Part shown: one piece after another, positions 1 to 9,506 of the stretch | Position numbering within the stretch: position 1 is the stretch's first letter | How the letters are laid out: each line of letters begins with the position of its first letter | Source of the DNA: Alphaproteobacteria bacterium | GTDB taxonomy: Bacteria > Pseudomonadota > Alphaproteobacteria > RF32 > CAG-239 | DNA length: 64,000 bases | Reading direction: 5' to 3' | Assembly (NCBI GenBank): GCA_045116295.1 | Contig: JBGULQ010000003.1 | Span: 17,393-81,392 of the forward strand | Translations under genes and position numbers: made by a program | The notes under the pieces: model-generated | The model's database searches: none | What the model was told of the DNA's origin: nothing | Seen by the model: the letters and a program-made list of their open reading frames with translations, nothing else

Positions 1-335
1 TCTCCCATGGTGGGCATTTGTAGTTTTTCATGCTCGCAAAGTTCTTTTGATGTCAGTAGCAGTTTGGCTAACAAATCATTATTTATTTTGACATTATCGG
101 CGGATTGTTCGGTTTTTAGTTCGAGGTTGACGCTGATTGTACCTCGCTCAAAATATTTTTGAGCAATACTCTTAAATTCTCCGGATACGTTTTCGAGTAT
201 TTGCGGAGTTCTAATCTTAAAATCAAAATTTTTGGCATTGACACTCTTGGCCTCAAACACCCAATCAAAAACGCTTTCGCTTATTTTACAATTTCCGCTC
301 GAGCGTCCGAAACCGGTCATACTGGATATGTTCAA
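1..335 (-). CDS. yicC: YicC/YloC family endoribonuclease, 5' part (runs off the left edge; not in the ORF track)
   Basis: Hand translation of the minus strand from TTG at 335 (SD AAGGAG upstream) gives (M)NISSMTGFGRSSGNC...DWVFEAKSVNAKNFDFKIR...FERGTISVNL, the classic YicC N-terminus SMTGFGR / E-x-KSVN / RG-x-I-x-V. Confidence 0.85.
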   Translation of the reverse strand, partial: MNISSMTGFGRSSGNCKISESVFDWVFEAKSVNAKNFDFKIRTPQILENVSGEFKSIAQKYFERGTISVNLELKTEQSADNVKINNDLLAKLLLTSKELCEHEKLQMPTMG

Positions 336-405
336 AAAATTTCTCCTTAAATTATTTTTTTTGCTATTATACGGATAAAAGGTTAACAATCAATGGATAA
401 AATTT

Positions 406-1167
406 ATGACAAAGTTTAAAAATATTTTGATAACCGGTGCTTCATCCGGAATTGGCGAGGCATTGGCGGTACACTATGCCTCAAATGGTGCGGAAAATGT
501 TTTTATTTGCGGTCGTAATGCCGAACGTCTGGAGCAGGTGGCACAAAAATGCCTGCAAAAGGGAACAGCAGTTCATACTAAAGTGCTAGATGTTACTGAT
601 GCCGATGCTCTTAAAACCTGGATTTATGAGGCGAACCAAATTTCTCCATTAAATTTGGTTGTAGCAAATGCCGGGGTGGCAACTTTGCAGGAAACAACTT
701 CGAATGTTTATAATACTTTTAATATAAATATTTTCGGCGTGCTGAATACTGTGCATCCGGCACTTGATATTTTTCAGAGTAGAAATGATACGTCGCCTAA
801 AGCAATTGCTATGCTTAGCTCAATAGCCGGCTATCATGGTTTGGCGGCTTGTCCATCGTATAGTGCCAGTAAGGCGTGTGTTAAAGCCTATGGAGAGGCT
901 TTGAGGGCGGCGTATTTGAAACAAAACATTCAAATAAGTGTAATATGTCCGGGGTTTGTGAAATCACGTATTACCGATAAAAATACTTGTCCGATGCCGT
1001 TTTTTATGTCAGCAGAAAAAGCTGCCGGCATTATAGCCACAAGACTGGAGAAAAACGTCGGGTTGATAGCTTTTCCGTGGCCGATGCGGTTGGCGACGTG
1101 GGGGCTTTCTATTTTACCCAATTGTATCAGTACTTATATATACTCCAAATTACCACACAAAGTGTAG
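406..1167 (+). CDS. Short-chain dehydrogenase/reductase (SDR)
   Basis: TGASSGIG Rossmann motif, NAG motif, catalytic YSASK (YxxxK). Confidence 0.92.
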   Translation: MTKFKNILITGASSGIGEALAVHYASNGAENVFICGRNAERLEQVAQKCLQKGTAVHTKVLDVTDADALKTWIYEANQISPLNLVVANAGVATLQETTSNVYNTFNINIFGVLNTVHPALDIFQSRNDTSPKAIAMLSSIAGYHGLAACPSYSASKACVKAYGEALRAAYLKQNIQISVICPGFVKSRITDKNTCPMPFFMSAEKAAGIIATRLEKNVGLIAFPWPMRLATWGLSILPNCISTYIYSKLPHKV

Positions 1168-1361
1168 AATGTGAAAATGGATAGAACTTGCGTTAAAAAA
1201 AGTCGGTAGAAAGGAATATTTTATTGAAAAAAGAGTTATTTGATATCTTGCACAAATACGAGCCGATGAGAAGAAAATATGTATTACAGAGTTTGTTGCA
1301 TAAGTCAGGTACATCCAATAAGGGATGTTTTTGATCTCTTGATTACGTGTTTTCTCTAATT

Positions 1362-1402
1362 AACACAAATTCCTCCGACAGTTGGTCGGAGGGATTTGTG
1401 TT
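1362..1402. terminator. Bidirectional intrinsic terminator
   Basis: aacacaaattcctccgac-agttg-gtcggagggatttgtgtt inverted repeat between convergent genes. Confidence 0.75.
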
Positions 1403-2070
1403 TATGTGTGTTTGTTGGTAATTGCTATATATGGTGAAACCTTTTGCAATATAGCAGATATAATTTTTTCGGCATTTATGGCTTGGGTTTTATCGGTTAT
1501 TTGGATGGTTAAATTAAATGGAATTGCAATTTCTGTCAGAGCAAGAATTTTATAAAGTGCAGCATAAACAAGTGCATCAAAGGTGTTGTTTGTTGTGACA
1601 GATGACGTGTTTTTAGGATTAAAAATGTAGCATATTGTGTTTTGCACATAATCTTCTTTAATTGAAAAATTTAGATAATTTAGACATTTAAGCTCTTTGT
1701 ATATGATGTCAGCCGGTTCTTCTATTAAGCGCAATACATATTTAATACCGATCGAAATCGCTATATAAGGTTTGTAGCTTTCAAACGCTTTGTCATAGTT
1801 TTTATTTTTAATTACAAGGCAGTCGACAGTATTTTGATTGTCTAAACAGGAGGCAATAAAAAATGCTAATGACAAGAGGTTGGTGTCAAAACGACTGTCG
1901 TCGGATATGGCAATTAAATATTTTTGAGATTGATACTGTTTAATTGCCTTTCGGGCATATGAAATGTATGCATCAAAGGTTTTGTTGTGCAAATTAGGTA
2001 CATCCAATAAGGGATGTTCTTGCTCCTTAAAGAAAGGATCTAAATGTTTGTCAAAAGCGATTTCAATCAT
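1402..2070 (-). CDS. Hypothetical protein, weak resemblance to the N-terminal/linker region of M17 leucyl aminopeptidase, with no catalytic domain
   Basis: 222-aa ORF. The segment GIKYVLRLIEEPADIIYKELKCLNYL recalls the PepA G-x-x-(F/Y)-ARDLVNEP-x-N...L-x-x-LG region. No metal-binding M17 motifs. Confidence 0.5.
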   Translation of the reverse strand: MIEIAFDKHLDPFFKEQEHPLLDVPNLHNKTFDAYISYARKAIKQYQSQKYLIAISDDSRFDTNLLSLAFFIASCLDNQNTVDCLVIKNKNYDKAFESYKPYIAISIGIKYVLRLIEEPADIIYKELKCLNYLNFSIKEDYVQNTICYIFNPKNTSSVTTNNTFDALVYAALYKILALTEIAIPFNLTIQITDKTQAINAEKIISAILQKVSPYIAITNKHT

Positions 2071-2191
2071 GAGTGAGATGATATTTTAATTATCTGAAAA
2101 GTCAAGCGCTGGCTTGTTTTTTAGAGATGATATTTGTTGATTATCACAAGTTTTTAGGCTAAAATAACAATATGCAAATAAATGTGAGGAA

Positions 2192-2905
2192 ATGATGACT
2201 ATTTATACCTATGACATGCTGGATAAAGAATTAAAAGACGGAAAGGCTAATGTGTGTATGTCTTCTGAAAGCGCGCGGATTATTATCCCGACAGCGTGTG
2301 ATGAGGTTGTGGGGTTTACAAACCCTGATGATTTGGATGTTGATTTGTTGGCTCGTTGGAAGCAGGGAGAGAGAGGAGAGGAATTTGAAAATCAAAAACT
2401 AAAACCGGGGGATTGTTTGGTTGTTTATGATAATGAAAATGATTTTAACCGTGTTTTGAAGAAATATCCTGATTGGTACAAGACTCCTGAGGGAATTAAG
2501 CAGGTTATTGAAGATTTGTATAACTGTGCCGATTTGGGGGCTAAAAACGTTGAGCCGGCAATATGGAACAGCGACCTGAGGTGGGCAAAAGGTGTCAGTC
2601 TGGTGACTCCTGATGGCAAAAAAGTTGATGAAAAAACTTGGCAGGATAATCTCGGAAAAGCACTAAGTGTTCAGAAATTTCCTTTGCCGGTAAAACAGTA
2701 TTTTATTTTACTTAATCCGGGAGATAAGATAATGTCGCCGGAGGGAAGAGTTCAAACAGCCGGAGTTGTATCGGCGATTGCAGTAAAACAGCCGCATGGC
2801 GGATGGAATATGGTGCAGTTGTGTCCCCGCGGATATAAGGTTGATGAGGCACATAGTGTAAGTCAAGTGCGGATAAAACCACATGAGCAGGAAAGTACCA
2901 GATAA
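2192..2905 (+). CDS. Hypothetical protein
   Basis: 237-aa ORF with SD (gagga) upstream; no recognisable family. Confidence 0.7.
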   Translation: MMTIYTYDMLDKELKDGKANVCMSSESARIIIPTACDEVVGFTNPDDLDVDLLARWKQGERGEEFENQKLKPGDCLVVYDNENDFNRVLKKYPDWYKTPEGIKQVIEDLYNCADLGAKNVEPAIWNSDLRWAKGVSLVTPDGKKVDEKTWQDNLGKALSVQKFPLPVKQYFILLNPGDKIMSPEGRVQTAGVVSAIAVKQPHGGWNMVQLCPRGYKVDEAHSVSQVRIKPHEQESTR

Positions 2906-2995
2906 TTAACAGATTGACAAAATTCTTGAAATATGATATTCCGCGCGGGTGTTTGAATTTATTATTTCTATTTTTAATGTCTAAATAATTATTGT

Positions 2996-3472
2996 ATGGA
3001 AGGCTATTATGTATCCAGATTCGTCTTGTTTCTGGTGTGTTTGGTTTGTGCTTTTGCGGTTTATGGTTCTCAGAGAATCAGATTCTGCATTAATAAGAAG
3101 GTATATAACCGATTTTTTGCCGTGATATTCGCGCTGTTGACCGCATATATTGTGTATGACAATGTTTGTTGCGGTTTGCCTGAAATGTGGGTGCCTGCAA
3201 TATTGGGGTATTTGTTCGTGTATTTTTGGGTGTTGGCTGTTTGGGACATGTATCTGCCATGCACTAAGCTTGAGGCTGATAAGGTATATAAAATGACAGT
3301 TATCGGAAGTACATGTATCGAATCGGGCGTGAATTATGTCGGCAATATTGAAACAGCTGATGGAAAAACAGTGCAGGTATATCTGAATGATGAACAAGCA
3401 GGGTGTTTTGAGGTGGATGTACAATTTTCTGAAATCTACTTTGGCAAAATTCAGGTATGTCGCGCCAAATAG
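2996..3472 (+). CDS. Hypothetical membrane protein (about 3 TM plus soluble C-terminus)
   Basis: Three hydrophobic segments; TTGACA-type promoter near 2914 and a terminator directly downstream. Confidence 0.7.
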   Translation: MEGYYVSRFVLFLVCLVCAFAVYGSQRIRFCINKKVYNRFFAVIFALLTAYIVYDNVCCGLPEMWVPAILGYLFVYFWVLAVWDMYLPCTKLEADKVYKMTVIGSTCIESGVNYVGNIETADGKTVQVYLNDEQAGCFEVDVQFSEIYFGKIQVCRAK

Positions 3473-3478
3473 CTTTTG

Positions 3479-3514
3479 ATTAAACCCGCTGAGTGAGGAC
3501 TTGGCGGGTTTAAT
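3479..3514 (+). terminator. Intrinsic terminator hairpin
   Basis: attaaacccgc...gcgggtttaat inverted repeat 7 nt after the stop. Confidence 0.65.
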
Positions 3515-3552
3515 GTATATAATGCTATAATATTTGGTAGAGAGTGAAAAGT

Positions 3553-3586
3553 AAAACGGCCTGCTCATAATTGAGCAGGCCGTTTT
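3553..3586 (-). terminator. Intrinsic terminator hairpin
   Basis: aaaacggcctgctca-taat-tgagcaggccgtttt perfect inverted repeat downstream of 3601..4077. Confidence 0.75.
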
Positions 3587-3600
3587 CGGTGCAGAATAGC

Positions 3601-4077
3601 TCACGCTATGTGTGATCTTACCCATTCAAAGCTTGCGACAGACCACGTGTTGCGGATATGCTCGCGTACGCGAGTATTCAGGGATAGAATAATCTTTCCA
3701 GCGAACAATTGAACTATCCAGAAAGCAAGCTTTTCAGGATAATTGAACAAAACCTTCTCAATCTGGTCAGGAGTTGGGTATAATTCTCTGTCCAGAAATT
3801 CACGGGCAAAAGCCATTGCCCAAATCTCAACTAGTAGGCTTTTTTCTTCATCGTTTGTCACTATTGTATCCTCATCAGTCAAAAGCTGTGTAAACAGCTG
3901 GGGCAGGTTAGCAAGATGTGATCGCATCTCGTCATTTCTCTCCATTTTTAGAAAAAGTCGAAAAGAGTAACCTTTTTTATAGATTACATCACCTCTGCAA
4001 CCACTAGGCATCTTTGTAACTTCTGCACTCGGAGGAATTTCGCATTCGCCAATGAAAAAAGTAGGATATCTTTCCAT
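3601..4077 (-). CDS. Hypothetical protein
   Basis: 158-aa ORF followed by a terminator; no recognisable family. Confidence 0.65.
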   Translation of the reverse strand: MERYPTFFIGECEIPPSAEVTKMPSGCRGDVIYKKGYSFRLFLKMERNDEMRSHLANLPQLFTQLLTDEDTIVTNDEEKSLLVEIWAMAFAREFLDRELYPTPDQIEKVLFNYPEKLAFWIVQLFAGKIILSLNTRVREHIRNTWSVASFEWVRSHIA

Positions 4078-4217
4078 AAAAACAGTTTTTAAAAATAATA
4101 GTGGATAAAAATAAATTTTGTAACATAGTAGAATAAATTGATTTGAAAGTCAAGTGTTTTGACAAAAAACGTTTTTTTGTTAATTTGTAAATTTTTTCCT
4201 TTTTAATGTATGGAAAT

Positions 4218-5108
4218 TTAATATTTTAAAATTTCTAAAGTTGTTTTGTCAGCATTGAGAGCAACTTTTGCTCCGAGAGGCAGAACACGACGAGAGGGGG
4301 TGTGTCCGAAATTAAAGTCATAAATCGCCGGAAGATTAGTGCCTTGCAAAAAGTCGTGCAGGCAATCCTCAAGCGTGCCATCTTCTTCATCGGCTTTTGA
4401 GCCGGTAAATTGTCCGAAAATAACACCTTTAAGCTTGTCAAAGTGTTTTTGTTGTTTGAGTTGTTGTAACATTAGGTCAATTTTATAAACCGGCTCATTA
4501 ACTTCTTCCAACAGCAGAATTTTGTCGGCAAAATCCGGAAAATAAGGAGTTCCTGCCATACGTGTGATTACAGTAAGGTTGGAGCATATCAAGGTTCCTT
4601 CGGCAGAGCCTTTTTGGAGGGTTTTGCCGGATTTTATTTTGAACAGGTTGTGGTTAATGAGATTTTCGAGGTCGGTTTTAATTTGTTGGTCGAGAGATCC
4701 GCTCTTAAAATCATAGGCCATAACAAATCCATCATAGGAGATGAGTTTGCTTTTTTGCCAAAGCGCTAATTGTATGGCAGTGTTGTCGCAAAAACCGATA
4801 AACGGCTTAGGATTGGCGTGTGCAAGTTCATAGTTTATATAGGGGAGAACTCTGGTGCCGCCGGCAGCTGCGCGGACACAGAATATGGCCCTTATTTCCG
4901 GATCGGCAAAGGCGGCATTGATATCAGAAGCGCGCTCGCGGTCGGTTCCGGCCATATAGCGTCTGACGTTTAGCAGGTTCTTGCCAAATACCGGTTTGAG
5001 ACCTAGGCTTTTGATATATTCTACAGCCGGAGTAATCTTGTCCATGTTGCCGATTTGTCCGCAGGGGGCAATGATTGCTACTTTGTCGCCTGAGTTGATT
5101 TTATGCAT
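4218..5108 (-). CDS. ldcA: LD-carboxypeptidase (peptidase S66, LdcA family)
   Basis: GD-x-VAIIAP, YMAGTDRERASDIN, IGFCDNTA, G-x-L-x-x-x-NL, LLLEEVNE, FGH motifs. Start reassigned to ATG 5108, a TAATG overlap with the upstream ligase. Confidence 0.9.
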   Translation of the reverse strand: MHKINSGDKVAIIAPCGQIGNMDKITPAVEYIKSLGLKPVFGKNLLNVRRYMAGTDRERASDINAAFADPEIRAIFCVRAAAGGTRVLPYINYELAHANPKPFIGFCDNTAIQLALWQKSKLISYDGFVMAYDFKSGSLDQQIKTDLENLINHNLFKIKSGKTLQKGSAEGTLICSNLTVITRMAGTPYFPDFADKILLLEEVNEPVYKIDLMLQQLKQQKHFDKLKGVIFGQFTGSKADEEDGTLEDCLHDFLQGTNLPAIYDFNFGHTPSRRVLPLGAKVALNADKTTLEILKY

Positions 5109-6472
5109 TAGAGTTTCTCCAATATTTGGTGGCATAAGTCAGTAAGTGAATTGTCACGCGCGCCCATGATAACAATACGGTCGCCGGAATGAGCTAATTC
5201 AAGAATTTTTTGCATGGCGGCGGGTTTGTCGGGAACAAAAAAAGCATTTTTTTTGCCGAGACTGGCGGCATGATTGATTAAGTCTTGTGATGAAATATCT
5301 TTGGCAACCGTGCCACCGACAAAGAATATTTCGGGCATTATTAATATGTCATCATCGTTTAAGTTGTGCGCAAATTCGGCCATAATATCTTTGCCCATTG
5401 TACGCATTGGGGCAAAACCGTGCGGTTGGAACATAATTATAAGCCTGCCGTCATAACTGCGCAATGCACTTACGGAAGCTTTAACTTTGTCGGGATTGTG
5501 GGCAAAGTCATCGATTACAGTGATGTTGTTTTTTTGCCCGATTACTTCAAGACGGCGTTTAGTACCGTGGAAATTTTGTAAAATTTCGGCGGCTGAATGC
5601 TTGTCCAGTCCCATAGCAGAGCAGGTGGCAATGGCGGCAAGAGCGTTAGCAACATTAAATTCTCCAATGAGTTTTAGGGTATATGTATGTCCGTCAAAGC
5701 TGTATTGTACACCACCGGCGAGAGGGGTTATGTCTGAGGCATAAAAGTCGGCGGCAGGGTTGTGGGTTGAAAAGCTGAGTACAGGTTTGCTGATTTTCAG
5801 CTTGTGGCAAAGTTCGTAGTCATCGTTAATGATAACGGCTTTTTCGGTGCGGTTGGCAAAGTTCTGGAACAAAACCGCAAGCTCATCCAAAGTTTTGTGA
5901 TCGACGGAAATGTTGGTTATTACCGAAATATAAGGATTATACAAGTCGATGCTGCCGTTACTTTCATCAGCTTCAACAACACAAATTTCGCCACGGTTAT
6001 AAATAATGTTAGGAATGGCACTGGTGCCTTCATAGTCGCGTAAAAGTCCGCCGTTAATCATGCAAGGTTTTTTGCCGGCTTTGTCAAGGATGTAGCCAAT
6101 CATCGCGGTGGTCGTGGTTTTGCCGCTGGTGCCACCAACAGCAATGCCATAACGGTAGGAGTGGAAAGTCTCTGCCAGTAACTGAGGACGGGTTTTGATG
6201 ATAACATTTTTTTCTTTGGCGGCTTTAACATCTGGAATACTGTCTTCTACAGCAGTTGAGGCACAAAGCCATTGAAGATCCTGTGAAATCCATGAGCCGT
6301 CTTGGGGGTATATGGAAATCCCCATTTTTTCCATTTTTTCTTTGGTAGTCAAATCTCGTCCCAAATCAAAATTGCGGTCAGAACCACATACGTCATAGCC
6401 GGAAAGTTTCAAAATTTGAGCAAGTGAGCTCATGCCACTGCCGGAAATTCCGCAAAAACCTACTTTTGTCAT
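5108..6472 (-). CDS. Mur ligase, MurC/Mpl-like (probable peptidoglycan-recycling murein peptide ligase)
   Basis: GISGSGMSSLA, GTSGKTTTT P-loop, VEADES, DDFAHNP, FQPHG motifs; translationally coupled to ldcA. Confidence 0.88.
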   Translation of the reverse strand: MTKVGFCGISGSGMSSLAQILKLSGYDVCGSDRNFDLGRDLTTKEKMEKMGISIYPQDGSWISQDLQWLCASTAVEDSIPDVKAAKEKNVIIKTRPQLLAETFHSYRYGIAVGGTSGKTTTTAMIGYILDKAGKKPCMINGGLLRDYEGTSAIPNIIYNRGEICVVEADESNGSIDLYNPYISVITNISVDHKTLDELAVLFQNFANRTEKAVIINDDYELCHKLKISKPVLSFSTHNPAADFYASDITPLAGGVQYSFDGHTYTLKLIGEFNVANALAAIATCSAMGLDKHSAAEILQNFHGTKRRLEVIGQKNNITVIDDFAHNPDKVKASVSALRSYDGRLIIMFQPHGFAPMRTMGKDIMAEFAHNLNDDDILIMPEIFFVGGTVAKDISSQDLINHAASLGKKNAFFVPDKPAAMQKILELAHSGDRIVIMGARDNSLTDLCHQILEKL

Positions 6473-6737
6473 TATGTTCTCCTATAAATTTATTGAAGTT
6501 TACGTTTTTTGAAGTGTGCTTGCAATATAAAAAAATCGTTAGTAACAAAACAAAACTCAGGATAGCAAAAAATAAGTGCTTGACATGTGGGTTTAAAAGT
6601 TATTTATTATGCTCAATTCCGAGAGTCTATGATTATCATCAGGGCTCTAGTTTGCTAGTGATGATTTTCGGGCTTGAGGGCGCCTCTGATTTGAGTTTGG
6701 GGCGTTGGGTCGAAAAGTTTTTATTTAGGTAAAGTCA

Positions 6738-6926
6738 ATGGCAAAAGTTAATCCTATTCTGTTCTTTAAACAGGTAAAACAAGAAGTTAAAAAAGTTACA
6801 TGGCCAACTAAAAAAGAAGTTACTCAGACTTCAGTTATGGTTTTGGTGTTGGTGGCTATTGCTGCAGCGTTCTTCTTTTGTGTAGATCAGCTGTTCGGCT
6901 TTATCGTTGAGTTAATCTTTGGTTAG
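6738..6926 (+). CDS. secE: Preprotein translocase subunit SecE
   Basis: FFKQVKQEVKKVTWPT motif plus one TM; precedes nusG. Confidence 0.97.
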   Translation: MAKVNPILFFKQVKQEVKKVTWPTKKEVTQTSVMVLVLVAIAAAFFFCVDQLFGFIVELIFG

Positions 6927-6938
6927 GAGTGAGAGTTT

Positions 6939-7469
6939 ATGGCTGCTCGTTGGTATGTCGTGCATGTATATTCGGGTTCGGAGAAAAAAGTTGCCGAATC
7001 GCTGAAAGAACAAGCCGTATTGAAAAATATGCAAGACAAAATTTTGGAAGTTATGGTACCAACCGAAAATATTGTCGAAGTTAAGAAAGGTGCAAAAGTC
7101 AATTCTGAGCGCAAATTCTTTCCGGGCTATGTTTTGGTCAAAATGGAAATGTCTGATGATGCCTGGATGGTAATCAGAAATACTCCTCGTGTTACAAATT
7201 TCTTAGGTCCTCGTAATAAACCGTTGCCGATTTCTGATGCGGAAGCAAATCGCATTATCAAGCAGATTGAGGAAGGTGTTGAGCGTCCGCAGACGATTGT
7301 TAAGTACGAAATTGGTGAACAAGTTCGTGTTTGCGACGGTCCGTTTGCATCGTTTATCGGTTTGGTTGAGGACGTTGATGTTGAGAAATCCCGCCTGAAA
7401 TTGTCGGTTTCTATTTTCGGGCGTTCTACGCCGGTTGAACTTGAATTTGGTCAAGTTGAAAAGGTCTAG
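6939..7469 (+). CDS. nusG: Transcription termination/antitermination factor NusG
   Basis: WYVVHVYSGSEKKV, FFPGYVLV, KOW motif, SIFGRSTPVELEF. Confidence 0.98.
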   Translation: MAARWYVVHVYSGSEKKVAESLKEQAVLKNMQDKILEVMVPTENIVEVKKGAKVNSERKFFPGYVLVKMEMSDDAWMVIRNTPRVTNFLGPRNKPLPISDAEANRIIKQIEEGVERPQTIVKYEIGEQVRVCDGPFASFIGLVEDVDVEKSRLKLSVSIFGRSTPVELEFGQVEKV

Positions 7470-7478
7470 AATTTTTGG

Positions 7479-7515
7479 AGGTTGGAAATTGCTATGGTGA
7501 TTTTCCAACCTTTTT
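7479..7515 (+). terminator. Intrinsic terminator after nusG
   Basis: aggttggaaa...tttccaacct followed by a T-run. Confidence 0.65.
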
Positions 7516-7547
7516 ATTTTTATTAATAACTAGCAAGGAAAAACAAA

Positions 7548-8018
7548 ATGTTGAAATCTTTTTTCTCTGAATTTAAACAATTCGCAATGCGCGGTAATGT
7601 TATTGACATGGCTGTCGGTATCATCATCGGTGCCGCTTTCGGTAAAATCGTAGACTCTATGGTTAAAGATGTTTTGATGCCGCCAATCGGGTTGCTGTTG
7701 GGTAAAGTTGATTTTTCTGATTTGAAGTTGGTCTTGTCGGCAGGGGAGAATCCTGTTGCTATCAACTACGGTTTGTTTATTAACGCTTTAATCAGCTTTT
7801 TGATTGTTGCTTTTTCAGTATTTATTTTGATTAAAGCTCTGAATAAAATCCAATCTGCAGTTGATAAAAAAGCTGCTGATGCCGAAGCTGCTGCTCCGAC
7901 AACAAAGCAATGCCCGTATTGCATGTCCACAATTGACATCAATGCAACACGTTGTCCGCATTGTACTTCAGAGCTTGAAGCTGCTAAAAAGCCGGCAAAA
8001 GCCAAAGCAACAAAGTAA
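7548..8018 (+). CDS. mscL: Large-conductance mechanosensitive channel with C-terminal zinc-ribbon (CPYC...CPHC)
   Basis: [28 protein letters not shown] and [18 protein letters not shown] MscL motifs. Confidence 0.95.
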   Translation: MLKSFFSEFKQFAMRGNVIDMAVGIIIGAAFGKIVDSMVKDVLMPPIGLLLGKVDFSDLKLVLSAGENPVAINYGLFINALISFLIVAFSVFILIKALNKIQSAVDKKAADAEAAAPTTKQCPYCMSTIDINATRCPHCTSELEAAKKPAKAKATK

Positions 8019-8037
8019 TTTTTGCTTATGTTAAATT

Positions 8038-8063
8038 AAGCCCCGATTTTTCGGGGCTTTTTT
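8038..8063 (+). terminator. Intrinsic terminator after mscL
   Basis: aagccccga-tttt-tcggggctt plus T-run. Confidence 0.8.
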
Positions 8064-8228
8064 GTTGCAGGAAAAAATGTGAAGAAATTGCTTGCAAAAA
8101 TAAAATGTTGTGGTATATAAAGGCAACGTTTTAAAGGGATTTTTTGCCTTTTAAGACGCGAATCGTGTATTTATAACTTGTGGGGGATTAGCCATAATCT
8201 TACCACAAACCTAAAGTGAGGTATTAAA

Positions 8229-8669
8229 ATGGCTGTTAAATCTAAAAAGAAAATTTTAGGATTAATCAAGCTGCAAATCCCCGCTGGAAAGGCAAACCCT
8301 TCTCCTCCGGTTGGTCCGGCTTTGGGCCAAAAAGGCTTGAATATTATGGAATTTTGTAAGGCTTTCAATGCTGCTACACAAAAGATGGAACCGGGTGTTC
8401 CTGTTCCGGTTGTGATTACCGCTTATGAAGACAAGTCTTTCACTTTCGTTACAAAATTGCCGCCGGTTGCTTATTATATTAAGACCGCTGCTAAAGTTAA
8501 ATCCGCTTCTAAAGAACCGGGCAAATCTTTTGCCGGCCAAATTACAATGGCTCAAGTAAAAGAAATTGCTACCGCTAAATTGCCGGATTTGAATTGTTCA
8601 ACAGTTGAAGCCGCTATGAACATGGTTAAAGGTCAAGCTGTTTCAATGGGTATTAAGGTAGTGGAGTAG
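8229..8669 (+). CDS. rplK: 50S ribosomal protein L11
   Basis: [35 protein letters not shown]. Confidence 0.99.
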   Translation: MAVKSKKKILGLIKLQIPAGKANPSPPVGPALGQKGLNIMEFCKAFNAATQKMEPGVPVPVVITAYEDKSFTFVTKLPPVAYYIKTAAKVKSASKEPGKSFAGQITMAQVKEIATAKLPDLNCSTVEAAMNMVKGQAVSMGIKVVE

Positions 8670-8673
8670 AGCA

Positions 8674-9357
8674 ATGGCAGGAAAAAGAATTACTAATCTT
8701 TATAAGAATATTGATAAGTCAAAATTGTATTCTTTGAAGGAAGCTGTTAAGCTCGTTAAAGAAAACGCCAATGCTAAATTTGATGAAACTGTCGATTTGG
8801 CTATCAATTTGGGCGTTGATCCGAAATATGCCGACCAAATGGTCAGAGGCGTTTGCTCTCTGCCTAATGGTACAGGTAAAACCGTTCGCGTAGCTGTTTT
8901 GGCTCAAGGCGAAAAAGCTGATGAAGCTAAAGCTGCCGGTGCAGATGTTGTCGGTGCAGAAAATTTGATTGACTCTATCCTTTCAGGTAAAGTTGATTTT
9001 GATCGCTGCATTGCAACTCCCGATATGATGGGTATGGCCGGTAAGGTTGCTCGTATCTTGGGTCCGAAAGGTTTGATGCCAAACCCGAAACTCGGTACAG
9101 TAACTATGGACGTTGCCGGTGCTGTTAAAAAGGCAAAAGCCGGTGAGGTTCAATATCGTGCTGAAAAAACCGGTATTGTTCATGCCGGAATCGGTAAAGT
9201 AAGCTTTAGCGAAGAAGCAATTTATGAAAATGCCAAAACTTTAATTGATGCTATCATTAAAGCTAAACCGGCAGGTGCCAAAGGAACTTATATGAAGAAA
9301 ATTTGCATAAGTTCGACTATGGGTGCCGGTGTGCATGTTGACCTTGCCAATCTTTAA
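8674..9357 (+). CDS. rplA: 50S ribosomal protein L1
   Basis: [33 protein letters not shown]. Confidence 0.99.
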   Translation: MAGKRITNLYKNIDKSKLYSLKEAVKLVKENANAKFDETVDLAINLGVDPKYADQMVRGVCSLPNGTGKTVRVAVLAQGEKADEAKAAGADVVGAENLIDSILSGKVDFDRCIATPDMMGMAGKVARILGPKGLMPNPKLGTVTMDVAGAVKKAKAGEVQYRAEKTGIVHAGIGKVSFSEEAIYENAKTLIDAIIKAKPAGAKGTYMKKICISSTMGAGVHVDLANL

Positions 9358-9361
9358 TGAT

Positions 9362-9506
9362 TGGCGCCTTGCTTGACACTTTTTCGCTTATGTACTGTTT
9401 TTGGTACACTGCGCTCAAAAGTGTCGTCGCAATCCGCTCAATCCTTAAAGATTTCTGAGAGGTGGCGCCTTGCTTGATGTTTTTTGCTTATATCAATAAG
9501 CAAGGC
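9362..9506. repeat. Direct repeat (15 nt identical, about 29 nt imperfect, period 101) with nested hairpins
   Basis: tggcgccttgcttga at 9362-9376 and 9463-9477; the inverted partner aagcaaggc is at 9498-9506. Confidence 0.75.

Noticed and set aside
1224-1334. 36-aa plus-strand ORF (TTG start, LKKELFDILHKYEP...)
   Set aside because: Weak start, no family resemblance, and it overlaps the duplication scar described in findings. Cannot be supported.
2981-3625. 214-aa antisense ORF
   Set aside because: It is the shadow of the membrane protein 2996..3472 and crosses two terminators.
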